DNA from: Gemmatimonadota bacterium
Lineage (GTDB): Bacteria; Gemmatimonadota; Gemmatimonadetes; Longimicrobiales; RSA9
NCBI GenBank assembly: GCA_040905425.1
Contig: JBBDRO010000004.1
Span: 1-13,166, forward strand
Direction: 5' to 3'
DNA length: 13,166 bases
Shown here piece by piece: positions 7,518-13,166 of this stretch (within the stretch, counting starts at the first letter, position 1; each line of letters begins with the position of its first letter). The notes below the pieces were generated by a model, which did no database searches, had not been told where the DNA came from, and saw nothing but the letters and a program-made list of their open reading frames with translations. The position numbers were made by a program, and so were the translations under genes.

Positions 7518-9803
7518 ATGCCGCCGAGACTCCTCTCTGGCATTCTCCTCTGCACGCTCGTCTCCACGGGATCCGCCCAGACGGTGGAATCGGAGCCCGC
7601 CGCGCGCGCGTATTCACCCCGGTGCGCCCCGCCGCTGGCCACGGCCATCTACTGCATGGAGCTGCTCCCCACCGCGCGGGCCGAGGACGCCGGCGCCATC
7701 GTGGAGCTGGGCCGCGCGGCCTCCCCCTTCCAGGTGGCGGTCACGCCGGCCGGGCACCTGACGTACGAGCTCACCGCCTGGATCGAAGGCCTGCCCGACC
7801 CCGCCGAGCTGGGGCCCTACACCACCTACGTGGCCTGGGTCACCCCAATGGCGCTGGACCCGGTGCTGCGCCTGGGCCCGGTAAGCAACGGGGAGAACGC
7901 GCTCGGCCGGGTATCGCTGAACAAGTTCCTGCTCATGATCAGCGCCGAGGCCAGCGCCAGCGTCACCGAGCGCCAGGGCCCGCTCATCCTGCGCGGCCGC
8001 TCCCCCTCCACGCGCATCGAGGCGCACGACATGCTGGCCCAGGCGCCCTCCGCCGCCCAGGCACCTCGCCAGGCGGCCGCGGCCGACACGGGCGCGCACG
8101 CCGGCCACGCCATGGCGCACGAGCACGCCGCCGCGCCCGGTGCGGACACCCCCAGCTGGAGCCCGCCGCCCATGTACCCGGGGCTGGCCATGCTGCCCGG
8201 CGTCATGGCCGTCCAGCCGCGCGTGGACCCCCTGCGCGTGCTGCCCGCCGGCATCGATCCGGCCACGCTGCCCGAGGTGCGCCCCGCGCAGCTGGTGGAG
8301 CTGCCCGACGGCGGCACGCTGGACCTGGAGGCCGGCTTCGTGCGCCGCCGCCTCGGCCAGCAGCAGCTGGTCATGCTGGCCTTCAACGGCCAGCAGCCCG
8401 GGCCGCTGCTGCGCGTCCGCCAGGCGGCCACCATCTTCGTGAACTTCACCAACGGCACGCCCTTCCCCACGGCCGTCCACTGGCACGGCCTGCGCCTGGA
8501 CAACCGCTTCGACGGCGTGCCCGGCGTCACCCAGGACGCCGTGCCGCCCGGCGGCAGCTTCCGCTACCAGGTGCACTTCCCCGACCCGGGCATCTACTGG
8601 TACCACCCGCACCATCGCGAGGACGTGCAGCAGGAGCTGGGGCTCTACGGCAACATGCTCGTGGACGCGCTCGAGCCGGCGTACTACGGCCCGGCCAACC
8701 GCGAGGAGGTCCTCATCCTGGATGACCTGCTGCTCGGTGAGGACGGCATGCCGCCCTTCGGCGCGCAGGCGGCCACGCACGCCCTCATGGGCCGCTTCGG
8801 CAACCAGCTGCTCGTGAACGGCGAGCCCGCGTGGGAGCTGGATGTGGCGCGCGGGGAGGTGGTGCGCTTCTTCCTCACCAACGCCTCCAACACGCGCACC
8901 TTCAACCTGAGCTTCACGCGCACCGCGGAGGCGGACGCCGCCGCGCAGCGCGAGGCGCGGATGGAGGTGATGGGGGACGTCGCTTATGAAACGCTGCCGC
9001 TCAAGCTCGTGGCCTCGGACGTGGGCCGCTTCGAGCGGGAGGAACGCGTCCAGAGCGTGGTGCTGGCGCCCGCCGAGCGCTACGTGGTGGAGGCGCGCTT
9101 TCCGGAGGCGGGGCGCTGGGTGCTGAGGAACCGCGTGCAGGCCATCGACCACCGCCAGGGCGTCTACTTCCCCGAGGAACGCACGCTCGGGGAGGTGCGC
9201 GTCACGCCCGCGGCGGCCACCGACGATCACGCGCACGCGCACGAGGAGCTCCGCACGCACGCTGACGTGGTGGCCGACATCGACCGCTACCGCCACCGTT
9301 TCGAGGACCCGCCCGACCACCACCTGGAGCTTGATCTGCAGGCCGACTCGCTGGCCCGCCCCGTCCGCGAGTCCATGCTCTACGACCGTGTCTACGCCAA
9401 CCCGGTGGAGTGGGCCGGCACCATGCCGCACATGAACTGGGCGTCCACCGCGCGCGAGGTGGAGTGGATCCTCCGTGACGCGGACAGCGGCCGCGAGAAC
9501 ATGGCCATCGATTGGCGCTTCCGCGTGGGTGACGTGGTGCGCATCCGCGTGGTCAACCGGCGGGACGTCTTCCACGCCATGCAGCACCCGCTCCATTTCC
9601 ACGGGCAGCGCTTCCTGGTGCTCAGCCAGAACGGCGCGCCCACCCAGAACCTGGTCTGGAAGGACACCGTGCTGCTGCCCGCCGGCTCCACCACGGAGCT
9701 GCTGCTGGAACTGTCCAACCCGGGGCGGTGGATGGTCCACTGCCACATTGCCGAGCACCTGGAAGCGGGGATGAAATTCGTCCTCGACGTGGAGGAAAGA
9801 TGA
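7518..9803 (+). CDS. Three-domain multicopper oxidase with an extra N-terminal domain
   Basis: HWHG, YWYHPH, HPLHFHG and HCHIAEHLEAGM give the full T1/T2/T3 ligand set with axial Met. ATG 7518 follows TACCTT-N6 and begins a signal peptide. Confidence 0.92.
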   Translation: MPPRLLSGILLCTLVSTGSAQTVESEPAARAYSPRCAPPLATAIYCMELLPTARAEDAGAIVELGRAASPFQVAVTPAGHLTYELTAWIEGLPDPAELGPYTTYVAWVTPMALDPVLRLGPVSNGENALGRVSLNKFLLMISAEASASVTERQGPLILRGRSPSTRIEAHDMLAQAPSAAQAPRQAAAADTGAHAGHAMAHEHAAAPGADTPSWSPPPMYPGLAMLPGVMAVQPRVDPLRVLPAGIDPATLPEVRPAQLVELPDGGTLDLEAGFVRRRLGQQQLVMLAFNGQQPGPLLRVRQAATIFVNFTNGTPFPTAVHWHGLRLDNRFDGVPGVTQDAVPPGGSFRYQVHFPDPGIYWYHPHHREDVQQELGLYGNMLVDALEPAYYGPANREEVLILDDLLLGEDGMPPFGAQAATHALMGRFGNQLLVNGEPAWELDVARGEVVRFFLTNASNTRTFNLSFTRTAEADAAAQREARMEVMGDVAYETLPLKLVASDVGRFEREERVQSVVLAPAERYVVEARFPEAGRWVLRNRVQAIDHRQGVYFPEERTLGEVRVTPAAATDDHAHAHEELRTHADVVADIDRYRHRFEDPPDHHLELDLQADSLARPVRESMLYDRVYANPVEWAGTMPHMNWASTAREVEWILRDADSGRENMAIDWRFRVGDVVRIRVVNRRDVFHAMQHPLHFHGQRFLVLSQNGAPTQNLVWKDTVLLPAGSTTELLLELSNPGRWMVHCHIAEHLEAGMKFVLDVEER

Positions 9804-11251
9804 GTATGCCGCGTCCCCTGTCCGCGTTCCATTCCTCATGCACGGTCGCGGCCCTGGCCGCGCTCTGCGCACTCCTGACGCCCGCCGCCGCGCAGGCGCA
9901 GCGGCCGGCGTCCCAGCAGGAGTTCGTGGCCGTGGAGGCACCGGTGGTAGCGCTCACCCACGTGAAGCTGCTGGACGGCACCGGCGCGCCCGCGCGCACC
10001 GACCAGACCATCCTCATCGAGGGGGACCGCATTCGTGCCGTGGGCCCGGCCTCGGAGGTGAACGTGCCCGCTGGCGCCGAGGTGCTGGATCTCACCGGCC
10101 ACACGGTCATCCCCGGCCTCGTGGGCATGCACAACCACAGCTATTACACGGGCGGCAACGGGCGCGCGGCGCAGCTCTCCTTCTCGGGGCCGCGCCTCTA
10201 CCTGGCCTCGGGCGTGACCACCATCCGCACCACCGGCGCGCGTGCGCCCTACGAGGAGTTGAACCTGAAGCGGGACATCGAGGCCGGGCGGGTGATCGGG
10301 CCGCGCCTCTTCGCCACGGGCCCCTATCTCACGGGCGAGCAGGGTCCCGGGACCATGACGCTCCTGGACGGGCCGGAGCAGGCGCGCCGCGTGGTGCGCT
10401 ACTGGTCCGAGGAGGGCGTGGACTGGTTCAAGGCCTACACCTGGATCAGTCGGGCCGAGCTGGCCGCCGCCATCGACGAGGCGCACCAGCACGGCGTCAA
10501 GGTGACCGCGCACCTCTGCTCGGTGGGCTACCGCGAGGCGGTGGCCATGGGTATCGACAATCTGGAGCACGGCCTCTTTGCCAACAGTGAGTACTACCCG
10601 GGCAAGGAGCCGGACGACTGCCCCGGCGGCTTCCGCAGCCATTTCCCCGACCTGGACGTGAACGGTCCCGAGGTGCAGGCCACCTTCCGGGACATGATCG
10701 CAAACGACGTGGCCATGACCTCCACCCTGGTGGTCTACGAGATCTCCGTGCCGGGCCGGCCGCCCATCGACGAGCGGGTCTTCGAGATGCTGGCGCCGGA
10801 GATCGCCGCCGAGGTGCGCGCCATCTCCGTGCAGCGCAGAGATCCGAACTCCCGCGGCGGCATCGACCCGGCGGTCTACGCCAAGGCGCTGGAGTACGAA
10901 AAGGCCTTCGTGGACGCCGGTGGGCTGCTGACCGCGGGCGTGGACCCCACCGGCTACGGCGCCGCGCCACCGGGGCTCGGCGACCAGCGCAACTACGAGC
11001 TGCTCCTGGAGGCCGGCTTCACGCACCCGCAGGTGGTGCAGATCATGTCGGCCAACGGCGCGAAGGCGCTGGGCATCGACGACCGCACGGGCACCGTTGA
11101 GACCGGCAAGCTGGCGGAGCTGGTGGTCATCCAGGGGGACGTGGAGGCGCTCGGCCACATCCGTAACACGCGCATTGTCTTCCGGGACGGCGTGGGCTGG
11201 GACGCGCCGGCGCTGATGGAGTCGGTGCGGGGGATCGTGGGGATCCGGTAG
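9800..11251 (+). CDS. Secreted amidohydrolase-superfamily protein
   Basis: ATGA overlap with the oxidase stop (alternative start 9806) and a signal peptide ending in AAAQA. Motifs are DLTGHTVIPGLVGMHNH, GVTTIR, FKAY, TAH, LEHG, GVD and GTVETGKLAELVV. Confidence 0.9.
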   Translation: MSMPRPLSAFHSSCTVAALAALCALLTPAAAQAQRPASQQEFVAVEAPVVALTHVKLLDGTGAPARTDQTILIEGDRIRAVGPASEVNVPAGAEVLDLTGHTVIPGLVGMHNHSYYTGGNGRAAQLSFSGPRLYLASGVTTIRTTGARAPYEELNLKRDIEAGRVIGPRLFATGPYLTGEQGPGTMTLLDGPEQARRVVRYWSEEGVDWFKAYTWISRAELAAAIDEAHQHGVKVTAHLCSVGYREAVAMGIDNLEHGLFANSEYYPGKEPDDCPGGFRSHFPDLDVNGPEVQATFRDMIANDVAMTSTLVVYEISVPGRPPIDERVFEMLAPEIAAEVRAISVQRRDPNSRGGIDPAVYAKALEYEKAFVDAGGLLTAGVDPTGYGAAPPGLGDQRNYELLLEAGFTHPQVVQIMSANGAKALGIDDRTGTVETGKLAELVVIQGDVEALGHIRNTRIVFRDGVGWDAPALMESVRGIVGIR

Positions 11252-11307
11252 GCGAGGTGTCCACCCGACCGATCCCGGGCAGGCCCTTGTCTTACCAGAT
11301 TTCTACC

Positions 11308-11553
11308 ATGAAATCTACCATTGACGCCGCCGGCCGGGTCGTGATTCCCAAGGGTCTGCGGGCCAGGCTGGGGCGGACTGGAGGCCAGACCATCCAGATT
11401 CGCGAACGGGATGGCATCATCGAGATCGAACCTGCCGCTACGTCCATGACGCTGGTGGATCGTGGCGGGGGTCCGGTGGCGATACCGGAGCAGGAGCTCC
11501 CGACGCTCACGGATGAGCAGATGCGGGCCACCATGGAGCGGACGCGCCGTTTA
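11308..11553 (+). CDS. AbrB/MazE/SpoVT-family antitoxin; ancestral stop apparently lost, so the frame reads through to 11889
   Basis: MKSTIDAAGRVVIPKGLRARLG is the AbrB motif. The family-like end LTDEQMRATMERTRR is followed by TTA where TGA is expected. CAGATT-N6 precedes the ATG. Confidence 0.85.
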
Positions 11554-11618
11554 TCGTCGTGGACACCAGCGTGGTCGTGGCGTGTTTCTTTCTCGGAGTC
11601 GGCGCGGGAATCGTCTGA
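11550..11618 (+). pseudogene. vapC: VapC PIN toxin 5' remnant
   Basis: TTT in place of TTG, then IVVDTSVVVACF, the PIN N-terminal motif. Similarity ends at about 11588 and a stop follows at 11616-11618. Confidence 0.75.
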
Positions 11619-11945
11619 CTTGGTGACCCGGACGGCTCACCTGGCGGTGCGGCATTCGAGTACTTTGAGCAGATCGCGTCGTCCTGCATTCCGCCGACGT
11701 GTTCGTGCTCCTGGTCTAGGTGAAAACCACCTGCTCTTCCAGCGGGACCCGGTCTACGCCGTTCTTGCGAATCGACTTTACCGATCCGGAGGACAACCGC
11801 GGATCTGCAGGGCCGGGTCGCAGGCAGCCTCGAGGTGCACGGGTGGGAAGGTGGTGCCCAGCCGAATGAGGCCGTGGCAGGAACGGTAGCCCAGCTCGGG
11901 ATGAGGCCGGCTCAGGCCCACGACCACCTGCCGTCCCGTGGGAGC
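11606..11945 (-). mobile_element. Degenerate IS21-family remnant (istA C-terminus joined to an internal istB fragment)
   Basis: Frameshifted segments SRPHPELGYRSCHGLIRLG...LEAAC..AL, SVKSIRKNGVDRVPLEE and LDQEHEHV resemble the IstA C-terminus. GRRDLLKVLECRTAR*AVRVT..Q resembles the IstB motif RRDLLEvleDR...T.vTSQ. Confidence 0.75.
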
Positions 11946-12005
11946 GCATGGCTTGTCGTATCGCCCCCCGGGCCAGGAAAATATGACCACTGATAGCATA
12001 ACGAC

Positions 12006-12038
12006 TTCCGAACAACTTTCGAACAAGTCTCGAACAAT
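12006..12038 (+). repeat. Three tandem 11-bp direct repeats with core CGAACAA; probable regulator-binding array
   Basis: TTCCGAACAAC / TTTCGAACAAG / TCTCGAACAAT. Confidence 0.8.
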
Positions 12039-12044
12039 TCCTGG

Positions 12045-12073
12045 TTGCGAATGGCGTGGGCCTAACCCATGCT
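12045..12073 (+). promoter_or_regulatory. Candidate sigma70-type promoter for the Cys-rich peptide gene
   Basis: TTGCGA-N17-CATGCT immediately downstream of the repeat array. Confidence 0.35.
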
Positions 12074-12165
12074 TCGATGTGCATGGACGATCCACCGAGC
12101 GCTGGTGCAGGATCTACTGGTCTCGGAGACGATGGATCTTCAAGAACTCTCGAGCAGGAGGCGAG

Positions 12166-12468
12166 ATGGCTGAGGAAGGCAAGTGGACAAGGGCGATGAA
12201 GGTCATGCGGTTAAGTGGGCTCGCCGTGATTTTCGTCATAGCTGGCCTGGCAAACGACGCGCAGATCACGGCAGCGGAGGAGGGTTGCAGTAACGTATTT
12301 AAGAATTGCACCTCAGACCCGCAGTGTGATGACGTGAAGGGAGATTCGTGCAACGCCGGAACGGTGCAGTGCCCGGGCCAATATGTCTGCGGGGGTCACG
12401 AGAACTGCGACGAAGACCCGTCAAATCCTGTTGCACTGTGGTGCATGGTGGACAACCCCCCGGATTGA
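12166..12468 (+). CDS. Small secreted cysteine-rich protein (100 aa, 8 Cys)
   Basis: AGGAGG RBS before ATG 12166, a basic n-region plus hydrophobic LSGLAVIFVIAGLA, and an acidic mature part with C-x6-C-x5-C-x7-C-x6-C-x5-C-x5-C-x11-C. Confidence 0.8.
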   Translation: MAEEGKWTRAMKVMRLSGLAVIFVIAGLANDAQITAAEEGCSNVFKNCTSDPQCDDVKGDSCNAGTVQCPGQYVCGGHENCDEDPSNPVALWCMVDNPPD

Positions 12469-12479
12469 GCGAAGGCAGG

Positions 12480-13111
12480 GTGAGAGCTTCGATGGCGGTG
12501 GGAGGGCACGCCGCAGTACTTGCGGCTTGGCTTCTTGCCGGCTGTGTCGGAGATGATGTAAATACGCCTCAGTTTGACTTTGGCGGGACCTTTTCACGGT
12601 ATGACAGCGCCGGGACCATCATATCCGTCACTGCCGAAACGGCAGCTCGAGCCTCCCTCGGCTGGCTCTTCGACTCAGCCGCTGACTTCGAGCTGGGAGC
12701 GAACGATAGTCCGCTCCATGAGTTTCACAGAATCGCCGGGGTTAGGCAGCTTCCCGGGGGGCACGTTGTCGTCCTAGACAGCGGCGACAGGGAGCTGCGG
12801 TTCTTCGATCAAAACGGAACGCTCTTCCGGCGCATCGGCCGGCAAGGCAATGGCCCCGGCGAATTCGAGGATCCGGTGCTCGTTTCAACCTCGCGTGCCG
12901 ACTCCTTGGTCGTTTGGGACGTGAGGCTCAGGCGGCTTCACATCTACTCGTCGGACGGATTTGTGCATCGGCTGATCCGACCCGCTTCCTGGGCCGGCGG
13001 CCGTCCACCGGTGGGAGTGGCCGGGTCGCAGAGGCTGGTCGATCACGCGGCGTACCCGCATCCAGCTGGAGGGGGCACCCAGCAGGGCGTTTGGGAAGAG
13101 CCCCCTAGGGT
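12480..13111 (+). CDS. Lipoprotein 6-bladed beta-propeller (NHL/TolB-like); probably interrupted by an IS at 13112
   Basis: Absent from the ORF track because the frame has no stop in the window. The start is GTG 12480 or ATG 12492. It has lipobox LAGC and the segments DSAGTII, VVVLDSGDRELRFFDQNG, IGRQGNGPGEF and DSLVVWD..LRRL. Confidence 0.85.
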
Positions 13112-13166
13112 CAATACCGTTCACTTAGCGTTGACAAGGGGGCGCCGAGGATGTAGCTTGCCGGTC
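13112..13166 (+). mobile_element. Left end of a putative IS4-family (IS4 subgroup) insertion sequence
   Basis: CAATACCGTTCACTTAG resembles the IS4 terminal repeat TAATGCCGATCAGTTAAG. It follows the palindrome CCCTAGGG and precedes an inward-facing promoter. Confidence 0.65.
13131..13159 (+). promoter_or_regulatory. Sigma70 promoter, probably of the transposase
   Basis: TTGACA (13131-13136), N17, TAGCTT (13154-13159). Confidence 0.75.

Noticed and set aside
6902..9941. Long alternative-frame and antisense ORFs (6902-8725, 7614-9941; likewise 4215-5357, 5021-6256, 9836-11158)
   Set aside because: These are shadow ORFs of high-GC genes. They are rich in R/G/A/P/H, show no motifs and overlap well-supported CDSs.
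12006..12038. CRISPR array or plasmid iterons
   Set aside because: The repeats are too short, have no spacers, and no cas or rep gene is present in the window.
11938..12165. N-terminal 76 codons of the 176-aa ORF
   Set aside because: They span the repeat and promoter region. The AGGAGG RBS and signal peptide support ATG 12166.
12166..12468. Ranthipeptide, lanthipeptide or c-type cytochrome assignment
   Set aside because: It has a Sec-like signal instead of a RiPP leader, no modifying enzyme is in view, and there is no CxxCH motif.

Overview
High-GC bacterial window; the gene content suggests Gemmatimonadota, but that is inference. The core (1209-11251) looks intact. It holds dinB, a coupled minus-strand trio (M14 carboxypeptidase, cystathionine gamma-synthase-family PLP enzyme, ArgE/DapE deacylase), a Cu/Zn SOD lipoprotein, and a divergent multicopper oxidase with an unusual N-terminal domain coupled to a secreted amidohydrolase. 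Both ends are decayed accessory DNA, each with a type II toxin-antitoxin pair whose VapC/PIN toxin is inactivated. The left toxin has a frameshifting internal deletion; the right toxin has lost its start codon and is truncated next to IS21-like istA/istB debris. The best novelty candidate is at the right end: three phased 11-bp repeats and a promoter-like element precede a 100-aa secreted 8-Cys mini-protein and a lipoprotein beta-propeller gene that the ORF track misses. An IS4-like end appears to interrupt that gene at 13112. The AT-rich region upstream of dinB carries a LacI-type palindrome and two NrdR-box-like sites. Several genes appear leaderless.
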